Shown here piece by piece: positions 50,160 to 62,800 of a stretch of 64,000 nt of DNA. The stretch is from positions 79,610,001-79,674,000 of the forward strand of contig NC_086097.1 in assembly GCF_963921235.1 (NCBI RefSeq), read 5' to 3'. This stretch comes from Mobula hypostoma (lineage: Eukaryota). The notes below the pieces were generated by a model. It was not told the origin of the DNA. It saw only the letters and a program-made list of their open reading frames with translations, and did not search any database. The translations under genes were made by a program, and so were the position numbers. Every line of letters begins with the position of its first letter. Positions within the stretch are counted from its first letter, which is position 1.

Positions 50160-53100
50160 GACGTTTCCCTGCTTAGCTATAAACTCCAACTCAATATAGA
50201 ATGCATCTCAACACACACATATGTGTGTGTGTGTATGTGTATATATATATACACACACACAGTATATACAGTATACTACATAATACAACTACTATATAGA
50301 CATCCACAGTATAGTAAATTTTAATTTGTCTCAGTAAAGCCTAAATATTTAATCACTGTGGAGGGTGTCACTCTGCTTGGCTGGTGATACTTGTGGCTGT
50401 GAAACAATCACAGGTTTTGGGCCTCATCTGTTGTAGTTGGAAGAGTTGACCCTGGAACTGCAGAAAGTGGTTCCAACAGCTTTGAACACCTTTCTTCTCT
50501 AACTAATGATTCTGCCCTCCTCGACTGATCGATGTGTTGTCTCCAGATGACATCCGATGAAATCTCCACTGTGTCAGAGAGTGGTTCAGTTCTGTCCTTA
50601 ATCTTGGCAAATACTCACTTTTGGTCACTCCTGTATTCCCTTGACAGGACTGCTTGTCCTGGAATGAAACATCAAACCTCCTTGCTTGAGGAGCCCTCAG
50701 TTTGTCTCAGCTGTTTGTCCTGTAAACTCCTTCTGAGACTGGGTTTGAGCAGATCCAAGTGTGATTGCAAGGGATGACCCAGGAACAGCATAGCTGATGA
50801 GTTGTTCGTTGTGGACTGTGCTGCATTGTGATATCCAAGGAGGAAATTCGCAAGCTTCTGATTCAATGTCAGTGTAGTGTGTTCTGCTGACATTGCTCGC
50901 AGTGCATTCTTTAGATTCTGGACAAACCTTTCTTTCCATCAAGCCATTTGTACTGTGGTGGTGTGGTGCAGATGTAATATTTCTTATTGCATTCATTTTT
51001 AAGGATGAAACTGTTCCACAACAAACAGTGGTCCACTGTCACTGACTAAGTGTACTTCAGCACCAGGTTTTGAAAAGAAGCTTTTCAACACATCAACAGT
51101 GTGCTCAGTGTGTTAGGTTGTAGTGGAGGCTATTGGGAACACTCTTGGCCACTTTGTAGCTGTATCCACTACTGCCAAAAAATTTGTGTCCATGAATGGC
51201 CTGGCAAAATCCACATGAACGCTTTGCCAGGCAACGCATACCATTCCCCAGGGATGGTGAGGTGCTGCTTTTGGCATCTTCTAGATGTGTTAGCATCCCG
51301 AACAATGCATGGCAAACTGCTCAATCTGTTGATCCATCCCAGGCCACCAGACAAATCTTCGAGCAAACACTTGCATTTTTACCACACCTAGATGACTGGA
51401 ATGTAGCTCTTCCAACACCTTAGATCTCAGCTTGGATGGTACAACAACTCTCAATCCTCATACAAGGCAACCCCTGTCCAGGACAAGATCATTCTAGTGC
51501 TGGTAAAAATAATGGAACTGTAATTTCTGCGCCTATTCCAGTCATTTTGGGTGGGCATGTAAACCTGAGACTGCATGGGGTCTTTTCTGGTTTCCCTTTG
51601 GACCATCTCTGCTGTAATAGGGACCCTTTTGATTTGCATTAGGGAGAATACATCAAGAAGTGTCCCCTTTTGTAAAACTTTCAGGTGTTTTTCTTTCCAA
51701 GAGTAAACAGGCCATTTCATTAGCATTTCCATAATTAGTTGTCCTCTTGAATTCAATCTTGTACTTCTGTCCTCCAAGAAACAAAACCCATCTCTTAAGC
51801 TGTTAGTGGAACATCCTTCTGTGGATTGAAAATGGACACTTGTAGTTGAGGATTAGTAAAGAGGGTAAACTCTCTCCCATACAAGTACTAGCTGAAGCAT
51901 TTTACACCCCAAACCAGACTCAAGGATTCTCTGTCCACGTGTGCATAATTTTTCTCTGCATCAGTAATGGAATGTGATGCAAGGCTATTGAGTGCACACT
52001 TCCATCAGTCATCATATGTGACTTAACTGCACATATATAATAGGGCAAAGCGTCACAGGCAAGCTTCATTGGGAAATGTGGATCATTATAGGTGAGTACA
52101 GTGTCTGACGCCATCATGTTCTTTGTCTTTTTGAAAGCCATCTCACACTGCTTTCTCCATGGTCATTTCTTCCCGATCTGTAGAAATGAGTTCAAGCTGT
52201 GGAGCACAGAAGCCAGGTCTGGCAGGAAACTGTTATAGTAAGTGACAAATCCTAAAAAGAACCACAACTGTGAGACATCCTTTAGCCTTGGGGCATCCAC
52301 CACAGCTTGAATTTTCTCAGCATACTTATGTAATCCTTGTGCGTCAATGGTGTGACCATAGTTAGTAATGCTGGGTTTAAAGAACTCATACTTGTTGCAC
52401 TATGCTCTGAGCCCGTAATCATCTAATCTTTTTAACACCGTTCTGGGATTTTCGAGATGTTCCTTGTCATCCTCACTGGCAACAATTATGTCATTCCGGG
52501 AACAGTAACTGCCTGGGCAGCCTTGCTGCACATGGTCCATAGCATTCTGTCAGAGTGCAGGTGCAATGCCAGAAACAAGCCTATTATAGCAATAAAGCCC
52601 TTTGTGAGTGTTTATGGTGAGAACTCTTTGGATTCTTCTTCCACCTCCAACTCTAGCTAGCCCTTTGTTAGGTCCATTTTGCTGAAATGTTTCCCCTCCA
52701 GAAAGGTCTGCAAGATACCCTTCTTTACTGGGCAGAGGGTATTGATCTACTTTCAGAACTGGGTTGATGGTGACCTTAAAGGCACCACAGTTCCTGACAG
52801 ATCTATTCTTCTTGGCTACTGGGACCACCCAATGGTCTCCACTCAACTTTGGGAAGAATTATTACAGCTTCCATATGATCTAGCTCACTGGCTACTTTAT
52901 CATGGATGGATGGTAAAGACAGAATGGCTTTGTAAAACATACATATGGCATTTTCATTTAAGACTATTTTACCTGTGATATGCTTGAGTTCTCCAATGCC
53001 ATTCTTGAACACAGCTGCAGCATCATCTAGAAAGTTTCTTAATTTGCTTTCAGTTGACTCTATTGCAGAGGATGTGGCATGCAAACAGTGGGTGCAACTC

Positions 53101-54442
53101 CAATCAAGTTGTAGTTTTTCCGCCAATCATAGTCCCATAATTCTGGCCCTCCTGTTTTTACCACATAAAGGCCCAATCTGGCTTGTTAGTTGCTGTGCAG
53201 AAATGCTTACAATGACATTCCCACAGGAATTATCTTTTCTCCAGTCTAAGCTCTTAGTTGGATATCTGCAGCCTTCAGTTCAGTATCTTTGAAATACCGT
53301 CTAAATTCATTTTGTGGAATGACTGAACAGCCAAACCAGTGTTCAATTACATTTTAATTCATTTGCCTTTCACGTTTGGTGTAAGCCATATCACTTGTTT
53401 CATGTTAGTTATTAAATTGTAAATCTCAAGGCCACCCAGTCCTGTGTCAGTCTCATCATTATCAGATTTTTCATCAACAGCATGCAGATTATTGCCTCTT
53501 GAAAATGCAACTTGACTTTTTATCTTTTTCTCTTTCCTGTGCAGTCCAATTATTTTGTCTGTTCAATATGCTCTTTGTATATGTCCTACTTTATTGCATT
53601 TTCTGCAAGTTTCACCTTTAACCTGCATTGGTCTGGTGTATGTGAGCTCCTGCCACAATGGTAACACACTTTATTTGGTCAAGCGGGTTACTATTTAGAA
53701 ATTGTTCAATCTTACTTACATTCCTGACAGCACCTCTAGGTGCTGTTTCCATCCATACAGCAATTAAAACTGCTCTTTTAAGTGTGAGTTGTGCTTCTGT
53801 TAGAAGGCGTTTTTGACAGTTTTCTTCTAAGATTTCACAAACTAAACAATCTCTCAGTGCATCATTAAGCCCATCACTGAACTGGAAATGCTTAGACAAT
53901 TTCTTCAAGTCAGCCATGTAAGCTGACATAGATGTCCCCTCCTTTTGATTTCACTTATGAAACATAAAGTGCTCTGCAATCAACAATGGTTTTGGCTCCA
54001 AATGTTCCTGCATTATTTTCATGATATCAGCAATGTTCACTTTGGCTAGTTTCGTTGGAGCAGTTAAGTTTCTAAGCAAAATGTATGCTTTTACACCGAT
54101 TGCACTTAGCAAAACTGGCACTCGTTTCTCATTGGCTAGCTCTTTTGCTTCAAAATACTGCTCAATTCATTCAGTATACATTATCCAGTTACCTGCGGTG
54201 CAATCAAACGTGTCAATCTTTCTGATGTAGCCAGCCATTTCTGATTTCTGATTCTTATCACCCGGTACTCACTATTTATGAACTCGTGAATTTCATCCAT
54301 TTTCTGCCTTTTTTGAAAAAAAAAACTCAAATGTCTTTCTCCACTTGCGAAGAAAAAAAAATGTCCTGCAGTTTTAAAAAAATCTTGAATGCTTCACTGC
54401 CCTTTAACAGGTAGGCAATCGTCTGAGGTTCGTTTTAAAATT

Positions 54443-54454
54443 TCCTCATCACCA
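54443..54454 (-). promoter_or_regulatory. Gypsy primer-binding site, tRNA-Ser(GCU)-like
   Basis: Minus strand TGGTGATGAGGA next to the 5' LTR; equals TGGCGACGAGGA after two CpG transitions. Confidence 0.65.
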
Positions 54455-54455
54455 C

Positions 54456-54694
54456 TGTTATGCTTTGTAACTTCAAAGCATAAAACTAATTGAAAGAAAA
54501 ACATGGAGCCAGGGATAACTCCACATTTAGTTTTTACTTTAGTGAGGCATGAACTTACGTTGTGGTGGCGTAATGATATATGCCATTCATGTACTTTGAC
54601 ACATAACTTGCGATGAATTATGTAAACAAGAAATGCTTAATCAAGTATACAGTATTTACAATATTAATCACATATTACTGAAATATTAAATACA
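54456..54694 (-). repeat. Gypsy 5' LTR
   Basis: TGTTATG...AATACA; shares blocks AAAACTAATTGAA, GGTGGCGTAATGAT and ATATTACTGAAATATTAAATACA with the other LTR. Confidence 0.85.
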
Positions 54695-55020
54695 CCTTTT
54701 CTGCAACTTATCCTGATATCTTGCAAGATTTGTCAATGTAAATCAAGCAACATTGGCAGCAACATGTAAATCACAGCTGACTTAGGCACCAATTCGATAG
54801 TTTCAAAACATTCCTAGCAAGTTCCACTAAAAGAGACAGAGATATCTGTCTCTGGCATGGGCTCAGAATTAAATGGTATTGAATGAGCAGAGAGGTGCAA
54901 TGGTAAATAAGGAATAGATCTGAGATTTCCATATATGGTGAGGCTTTCAGTGAAGGATACTTTAGTTGAATGCATTTATATTCTTTGGAATCACTGAAAT
55001 GCTATGTGCTGCACATGTGG

Positions 55021-55300
55021 ACAGCACAGGTGCGTAGTAGTTAGAACAATGCTTTACAGTACAGATGATCTGGGTTCAAATTTCCACTTCCGCACACTGT
55101 AAGCAGTTTGTATGTTCTCTCTGTGACTGTGACTGTGTTGGTTTTTTCCAGGTGCTTCCGTTTCCACCCACAGTCCAAAGATGTACTTGTTGGTAGGTTA
55201 ATTGGTCACTGTAAATTGTTCGTGATTAAATAGTGGGTTGCTGGGGGTTGTGGCTTGAAGGGCCGGAAGGGTCTATTCCGCACTGTATCTCCATAAAAGA
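55021..55300 (+). mobile_element. V-SINE (same family as 4560-4833)
   Basis: Colinear with 4560-4833, including CAGTCCAAAGA and GAAGGGCCGGAAGGG. Confidence 0.8.
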
Positions 55301-56086
55301 AACATCCGCAATTGAAATGCAGCTATTCCAACTCATGTACCAAAGCAAGCAACAGCAAAAAAGAATTCAAAATAAATAAATGTTGAGACTGCATGTTAAC
55401 CACATCTACCAGATACTTATATTAAGTGCATATTTGAGCATACTGTGCAGGTAATGCAGCTGTGTTACAACTTTAGCAACCTGGATTTCAATATGACCTT
55501 TGATGCAGACTGTTTGGAGTTTAGATGGTCTGCCTGTTTCTGCATGGATTTCCTCTAGGTGCTGTAGTTTCTCAGAACTCAGTAAAAAGTCTGGTTGCCA
55601 TGGTTTAAGTTTAGAATTTGATCTAAAATATCAATATTTGCCAAGGCAGCTTTTCATGGATTGAAATAATGTTCAAATTCAATAATGGGCATTGTGAATG
55701 AAACTGGTTGCTGGTGAACATCAAATAATCAAGACAATTCAATATTTCAGCTGGATTTGGTGATTTCTGTCCTGCTCAAATATTGTAGAAGGAGGAAAGG
55801 GAAATGAGTGAGTGGGTAAGAAATATTTCACAATGTATTTATGAGAAGTTTATATTTGTAGATACTTATATTAAAAGTGCCCATCAACAGAGATTTCTTT
55901 TGTATTAGCTGTTAATTTGAAGCTGCTCTCAGGTTAAAAAAAGATATTAAAACATTAGTTTGGAGCAAAACGAATTTTTTTTTCCCTCAAACAACAGGAA
56001 TTCTGCAGATGCTGGAAATTCAAGCAACACACATCAAAGTTGCTGGTGAACGCAGCAGGCCAAGCAGCATCTATAGGAAGAGGCGC

Positions 56087-56122
56087 AGTCGACGTTTCAG
56101 GCCGAGACCCTTCGTCAGGACT
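56087..56122 (-). ncRNA. Minimal type I hammerhead ribozyme motif in the Penelope terminus
   Basis: AGUC-CUGACGA-A-GGGU CUCG GCCU-GAAAC-GUC-GACU: intact core, stem I AGUC/GACU, stem II, palindromic ACGU in place of stem III. Confidence 0.8.
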
Positions 56123-56416
56123 AACTGAAGGAAGAGTGAGTAAGGGATTTGAAAGCTGGAGGGGGAGGGGGAGATGCAAAATGATAGGAGAAGACAGGAG
56201 GGGGAGGGATAGAGCCGAGAGCTGGACAGGTGATAGGCAAAAGGGGATACGAGAGGATCATGGGACAGGAGGTCCGGGAAGAAAGACGGGGGGGGGGGTG
56301 ACCCAGAGGATGGGCAAGAGGTATATTCAGAGGGACAGAGGGAGAAAAAGGAGAGTGAGAGAAAGAATGTGTGCATAAAAATGAGTAACAGATGGGGTAC
56401 GAGGGGGAGGTGGGGC

Positions 56417-58213
56417 CTAGCGGAAGTTAGAGAAGTCAATGTTCATGCCATCAGGTTGGAGGCTACCCAGACGGAATATAAGGTGTTGTTCCTCCAACCT
56501 GAGTGTGGCTTCATCTTTACAGTAGAGGAGGCCGTGGATAGACATGTCAGAATGGGAATGGGATGTGGAATTAAAATGTGTGGCCACTGGGAGATCCTGC
56601 TTTCTCTGGCGGACAGAGCGTAGATGTTCAGCAAAGCGGTCTCCCAGTCTGCGTCGGGTCTCACCAATATATAAAAGGCCACATCGGGAGCACCGGACAC
56701 AGTATATCACCCCGGTCGACTCACAGGCGAAGTGATGCCTCACCTGGAAGGACTGTTTGGGGCCCTGAATGGTGGTGAGGGAGGACGTGTAAGGGCATGT
56801 GTAGCACTTGTTCCGCTTACACGGATAAGTGCCAGGAGGGAGATCAGTGGGGAGGGATGGGGGGGACGAATGGACAAGGGAGTTGTGTAGGGAGCGATCC
56901 CTGCAGAATGCAGAGAGAGTGGGGGAGGGAAAGATGTGCTTAGTGGTGGGATCCCGTTGGAGGTGGCGGAAGTTACAGAGAATAATATGTTGGACCCGGA
57001 GGCTGGTGGGGTGGTAGGTGAGGACCAGGGGAACCCTATTCCTAGTGGGGTGGTGGGAGGATGGAGTGAGAGCAGATGTACGTGAAATGGGGGAGATGCA
57101 TTTAAGAGCAGAGTTGATAGTGGAGGAAGGGAAGCCCCTTTCTTTAAAAAATGAAGACATCTCCCTCGTCCTAGAATGAAAAGCCTCATCCTGAGAGCAG
57201 ATGCGGCGGAGACGGAGGAATTGCGAGAAGGGGATGGCGTTTTTGCAAGAGACAGGGTGAGAAGAGGAATAGTCCAGATAGCTGTGAGAGTCAGTAGGCT
57301 TATAGTAGACATCAGTGGATAAGCTGTCTCCAGAGATAGAGACAGAAAGATCTAGAAAGGGGAGGGAGGTGTCGGAAATGGACCATGTAAACTTGAGGGC
57401 AGGGTGAAAGTTGGAGGCAAAGTTAATACAGTCAACGAGTTCTGCATGTGTGCAGGAAGCAGCGCCAATGCAGTCGTCGATGTAGCGAAGGAAAAGTGGG
57501 GGACAGATACCAGAATAGGCACGGAACATAGATTGTTCCACAAACCCAACAAAAAGGCAGGCATAGCTAGGATCCATACGGGTGCCCATAGCTACACCTT
57601 TAGTTTGGAGGAAATGGGAGGAGCAAAAGGAGAAATTATTAAGAGTAAGGACTAATTCCGCTAGACAGAGCAGAGTGGTGGTAGAGGGGAACTGATTAGG
57701 TCTGGAATCCAAAAAGAAGCGTAGAGCTTTGAGACCTTCCTGATGGGGGATGGAAGTATATAAGGACTGGACATCCATGGTGAAAATAAAGCGGTGGGGG
57801 CCAGGGAACTTAAAATCATCGAAAAGTTTAAGAGCGTGAGAAGTGTCACGAACATAGGTCGGAAGGGATTGAACAAGGGGTGATAAAACAGTGTCGAGGT
57901 ATGCAGAAACGAGTTCGGTGGGGCAGGAGCAAGCTGAGACAATAGGTCGGCCAGGACAGGCAGGTTTGTGGATCTTGGGTAGGAGGTAGAAACGGGAAGT
58001 GCGGGGTGTGGGAACTATAAGGTTGGTAGCAGTGGATGGGAGATCCCCTGAGCGGATAAAGTTGTTGATAGTGTGGGAGACAATGGCCTGGTGCTCCTTA
58101 GTGGGGTCACGATCGAGGGGTAAATAAGAGGAGGTATCCGCGAGTTGTCGCTGTGCCTCGGCAAGGTAGAGGTCAGTACGCCAGACTACAACAGCACCCC
58201 CTTTATCAGCGGG
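56417..58213 (-). CDS. Penelope-type reverse transcriptase + GIY-YIG endonuclease (N-terminally truncated, open for ~600 codons)
   Basis: PADKGGAVVV, LPKIHK, GRPIVS, MDVQSLYT, GVAMG, RYIDD, FLDL and VIYCVRC..C..LYIGET. The annotated start at 58237 lies in flanking DNA. Confidence 0.93.
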   Translation of the reverse strand, partial: PADKGGAVVVWRTDLYLAEAQRQLADTSSYLPLDRDPTKEHQAIVSHTINNFIRSGDLPSTATNLIVPTPRTSRFYLLPKIHKPACPGRPIVSACSCPTELVSAYLDTVLSPLVQSLPTYVRDTSHALKLFDDFKFPGPHRFIFTMDVQSLYTSIPHQEGLKALRFFLDSRPNQFPSTTTLLCLAELVLTLNNFSFCSSHFLQTKGVAMGTRMDPSYACLFVGFVEQSMFRAYSGICPPLFLRYIDDCIGAASCTHAELVDCINFASNFHPALKFTWSISDTSLPFLDLSVSISGDSLSTDVYYKPTDSHSYLDYSSSHPVSCKNAIPFSQFLRLRRICSQDEAFHSRTREMSSFFKERGFPSSTINSALKCISPISRTSALTPSSHHPTRNRVPLVLTYHPTSLRVQHIILCNFRHLQRDPTTKHIFPSPTLSAFCRDRSLHNSLVHSSPPSLPTDLPPGTYPCKRNKCYTCPYTSSLTTIQGPKQSFQVRHHFACESTGVIYCVRCSRCGLLYIGETRRRLGDRFAEHLRSVRQRKQDLPVATHFNSTSHSHSDMSIHGLLYCKDEATLRLEEQHLIFRLGSLQPDGMNIDFSNFR

Positions 58214-59249
58214 TTTTTTCCCTGCTGATTTGTGCATTACTTATTTCTCAACCAACTAGCCAACAGCAGATTAATTAACCATCACATTGAAATGTGTGAG
58301 AGCTTGTGATGTGCAGAACTGGCTTTGGCCACATGTAAAATTGATTATCTTAATTTAGATATGTAAATCCTGGTTCAAGTGGTTATTTTAAAATAGATGT
58401 TCCAATATGTGGACTGCTGCACTTTCGGAGGGTGTCATCTGAAATCACGCTCTATCATTTCATATTATATTCCCAAAAAATGGCAAAATAGAATTTCCTC
58501 AGAATTTATTTTTACTATTATATCTACAGACAATAAGTACTTTTTAAATGCTGACACATTTCACTGTAGTGAAAAATAGTTTACACACCACTGTCAGATT
58601 CTCTCCTATTTCCTCTTTTCCAAGAAGGATATCCTCAGCTTTTGCAATCCAGTAAATAATCAAGCAGTCCATCAGCTGCACAGTTTCTTTTCTAATATCA
58701 TATGATTACATTTAAAATACCCACATTTCAAGTGTTTGAAGGTCTGATAAGCACAAAGCTGCATTCTGCTAGGTACTTCTAGGAAAGCCAGAAAGAAGCT
58801 AATTAAGATCTGATTTCAAGTAATGATTGCAGAGCAGTACTTCTCAAATTGGTGACTGGTAATAATGACAATTAATTATAGTGACCACTGAAGCAAACAG
58901 AAATTCCTTTCTTTAGCACAGTTACAGTCTCACAATGCCTGTAGCAAAGATTAAAACGACAATTTGACAGAAACAGCCACTCAGTAATAGATATTTCTCA
59001 TTTATTTTAATTAGGCTTTATTTCCTGCTCTGTTTCTTTTAATTGTCAAAAATATCCTGAATGGAAATGCCAGTACTGATCAATAAAAGATCAGGGGAAG
59101 AAGCTGATTACTGCAGCTTCAGTATTCAGAAACGTATTTGCCATAAAAATGTCAGGTGATAAAGTATTTCCCTTTCATCAGATACTCTGTTCCAAATGTA
59201 TTATGTAAACAAATAACAAGATCATCAAAATGCTTCTTCCTGTTCACTG

Positions 59250-59720
59250 GGTGAATCACCATCTGGTAGGGAGGGGTCACTGCACAGGATCAGTGAAAAC
59301 TGCAGAAAGTTTTAAACTCAGTCAACTCTATGATGGGCACTAGCCTCCACAACATCCAAGTCACCTGCAGAAGGCATTGCCTCAAAAAAAGGTCTATGAA
59401 GGACCCCCAACACCCAGGACATGTCGTCTTCTCATCGCTACCATCAAGGAGAAGGTGCAGGAACCCAAAAACACACACTCAATGTTTCAGGAACAGCTTC
59501 TTCCCCTCCACCATAAGATTTCTGACAATGAACCCATGAACACTACATCACTATGTATTTTCTGTTTTCTTTCTGCACTACGTAATTTAATCTATTTTTA
59601 ATATATACTTGTTATTTATAGTTTTCATTACTACATATTGCAATGTACTGCTTTTGCAAAACAACAAATTTCACAACATATGCTAGTGATATTAAACCTG
59701 ATTCTACAAACAATTCTGAT
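59250..59720 (+). mobile_element. Rex1/Babar 3' fragment
   Basis: KDPQHPGHVVFSSLPSRRR...FRNSFFPSTIRFL and tail AAACCTGATTCT. Confidence 0.85.
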
Positions 59721-59804
59721 AACTATTCTTTCCAGAAACCTGATTGGATGAGGACTAACCAATCTTCATTTCTTTATTTAGGATGGACAACAGGGGTGTA
59801 AGTT
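59588..59804 (+). repeat. Left copy of a ~217-bp direct repeat flanking the HERO-like element
   Basis: Aligns with 63467-63683, including a ~59-bp identical block AATTCTGATAACTATTCTTTCC...ACCAATCTTCATTTC. Confidence 0.9.
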
Positions 59805-62800
59805 TAAAGAGAAGTATACCCGCAGAGTCTGCGAGAACGGGGGCGCAAGAAGACTCTCTGACTGACCTCCCGGTAACGAACCTTGGCATGGACACGACAA
59901 AGAATCAAGAAAGTGGCAATATTCTTGAGAAACCAGCAGCTGGACATGTTCTTCAGACCTGTAGGTGTGGCTGGACTGAAGTAACATCAACTCGTGGCCT
60001 TAAAATTCATCAAGGATGGAAGAAATGCATGTAAATCTCCAACCCAGGGCCCCACATTGACCAGATTCTGTTAAGAGGGAGGTCAAATCAGTTGGATGAA
60101 ACTCAGTGGCAGGAAGAAACCCACAGTCTGCAGAGTACCAGCACCCTATGGGATGTGGAAGAAGTTTCAGGCACAAGCAGTAGTCCAAGACACAGCAGTC
60201 ACATCGTAAGGTGGAGAACATGCAAGGACGTAAGCCAATGGTGAAATGGCCAAAGTCTAACAGCAAGGAGTGGGAAACCATCAATGCAGATGTGGGCCTG
60301 ATTTTAAGTGGCATCAAGGGATCAGCAGAAAAGAAGTTGGAGAAGATGGGGACCTGATTTACAGCTATGGAAAGGAGAAATTTGGAGTGAAGGAACAAGT
60401 CAGCAGGAAAGATATGCCTCCTCCCCCCAAATCCCGTCGTCTCCAGGAAATCCAACAACTTGTTAAGGAAAGAATTGGCCTGAGGAAGTCGTGGAAAAAA
60501 TCAACAGCAGAAGAAAGGGAGAGCATCAACCTCCTTCAAAAGGACCTAAAATAGAGGCTCTCGAAGCTGCGTAGAGCAGAGAATTTAAGGAAATGACTCA
60601 AAAAGAAGGAAAAAGCAAGAACAGACTTCTACAATCTACAAAGATCCCTTTAAATATGTGAAAGGCATTTTCACAAAAGAGAAAAACGGATCCTTGAAAG
60701 TATCAAAAGAAGAGGCTGAAAGACATCTCAGAACCATCCACACTGATGAACTAATAGATGAACCGATACTTGTCCCAGCTGACATCCTACCAACCTCACC
60801 CTCACATCATCAATTTAACATCAGCCCTCCCAAGCTGAGTGAGGTGAAAGAGGCAGTGAAGAAGGCAAGATCGGCATCAGCGCCAGGCCTAATGGTGTTC
60901 CGTATTGTGTCTACAAGAACGCTGCGGATGTTCTGAAATTTCTCCGGAGAAACAGGAGGGGTGCGTGGGAAAAGCAAGTGACCCCCAAAGCCTGGAGAAG
61001 AGCGGGGTGAGTTCTGATCCCAAAAGAAAAGAATTTGTCCACCATCGAACTGTTTTGCCAAATAAACCTTCTGAACATAGAAGGCAAGATCTTTTTCAGT
61101 GTGTTGGCGCAAAGACTTACAAAGTATCTGAAACAAAACCATTTCATTGATACGTCAATTCAAAAGGCTGGCATAGCAGGCTTCTCGGGATGCATTGAAC
61201 ATACCAACATCATATGGCATCAAATCCAGATGGCTAAGAAAGAAGGAAAGGATCTGTATGTCTTGTTCCTTGACCTGGCCAACACCTATGGATCAATTCC
61301 TCATTCCCTAGTGTGGTCTGCTTTTGAATTCTTTCAGGTGCCTGCAACAATAACAAATCTGGTAAAACACTACTTCCAGGATATGCAAGTTTGTCTCACA
61401 ACATCAGACTTCACCACAGCGTGGCAACCACTGGAAGTAGGCATCATGGCGGGGTACACCATTTCCTCATTTTCCTTCACTATGGCAATGGAGCTCATTA
61501 TCAGAGCCTCAAAATGGGTTGCGGGAGGAAAACAGCTACAGTTTGGTCAACGGTTACCACTGACACGAGCCTATATGGATGATATAACAACACTGACGAC
61601 AACTGTCCCCTGCACCAAGAGACTTCTGGAAAAGCTTCATCAAAACATCACATGGGCAAGAATGAAGATCAAGCCCAGCAAGGGCAGAAGCATCTCCATT
61701 GTCAAAGGTCAAGTCACGGATCAAAGTTTTCATATTGACGGAACACCTGTCCCATCTATTTCAGAAATGCCAGTGAAGAGCTTGGGCCGATGGTATGATG
61801 CTAAGCTCAAGGACGCTGAGCAGTTTGAACAACTGAAAAAGGATACCATCATGTACATAGCTCGCATCAACAAGACCTGGTTGCCAGGAAAACTCAAGCT
61901 GTGGTGCTTCCAGTTCGGCATACTCACAAGACTCATGTGGCCTTTAACAGTGTATGAAATCCCCATCAACAAGGTGGAAAAGCTCAAAAGAGTGATCAGC
62001 ACACATGTGAAACAGTGGCTTGGACTTCCACAATGCTCAAGTCCTGTTGGACTATATGGGAACGGCAAATTAGAATTACCAATTGCAAGTCTTGTGGAAG
62101 AATTCAAATGCACCAAAGCAAGGTTGGTCATGCCCCTCACTGAATCTGAAGATACTGTTATTTGAACAGTGGCCCCTGGTGTGGCAATGGGGAGGAAGTG
62201 GACCCCATCTGAAGCCGTTCAGAGTGCTAAGTCTGCTCTTCGCTTCAGGGACGTGGTTGGCCAAGTCCAACTTGGGAGAGCCGGGCTTGGGCTCGTCCCA
62301 AAGGCTCCTCAATGGCACAAGGCAACATAAATGCAGAAGAGATGACTCGTGGTGGAGGAGGTGAGAACACAGGAGGAGGCAGAGCGACACGCCAGGGCCG
62401 TCTCAAAGGCCAAGCAGGGCCAATGAACTATTTGGGAGAGCCTGGAAAAGAGGAAACTCAGCTGGCATGACATCTGGGAGACGGAGGGATCTTGGCTAAG
62501 TTTTGTCATCAGAGGCACTTATGACCTCCTGTCCACACCCCAGAACCTGAACCAGTGGTGGGGAGAAGACCCCGCTTGCTCTCTTTGTCAAGCACCTGGA
62601 TCACTAAGGCACATTTTAACAGGATGCACCACGAGCCTCAGCCATGGGCGGTACACTTGGCAGCATAACCAAGTTCTCAGACAGCTGGCATCAATCTTGG
62701 AACAGAGGCGAATCACCACAAATGCTCTCTCACAAATATCGGCAAGAAATGTTCACATCACACGACTTGTACCAGCAGGCCAACCTCCAGAGCACCACAT

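Larger units (their letters stand above)
49924..54694 (-). mobile_element. Decayed full-length Gypsy LTR retrotransposon (gag-pol; Mag/K02A2.6-like)
   Basis: Two ~235-bp LTRs; gag start at 54238 (MAGYIRKIDTFD..W..Y.E.IEQYFEA); RT VVPVAKKNRSVRNCGAFKVTIN..YPLP; RNase H LACDALPY; integrase SAPHHHSTNGLMER. Confidence 0.9.
55988..58213 (-). mobile_element. Young 5'-truncated Penelope-like element (RT + GIY-YIG + pLTR)
   Basis: Uninterrupted ORF, 3' terminus with a hammerhead motif, and 10-bp TSD TTTTTTCCCT at 55978-55987 and 58214-58223. Confidence 0.95.

Noticed and set aside
9689..56130. Recurring GCTGGTGAACGCAGCAGGCC motif and ORFs like NAAGQAASIGR
   Set aside because: Dispersed Penelope termini, not a CRISPR array or a peptide gene family.
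61730..62518. Antisense ORFs over the HERO-like element (and similar ones over CR1 and Penelope)
   Set aside because: Shadow frames of TE coding sequence with no independent motifs.
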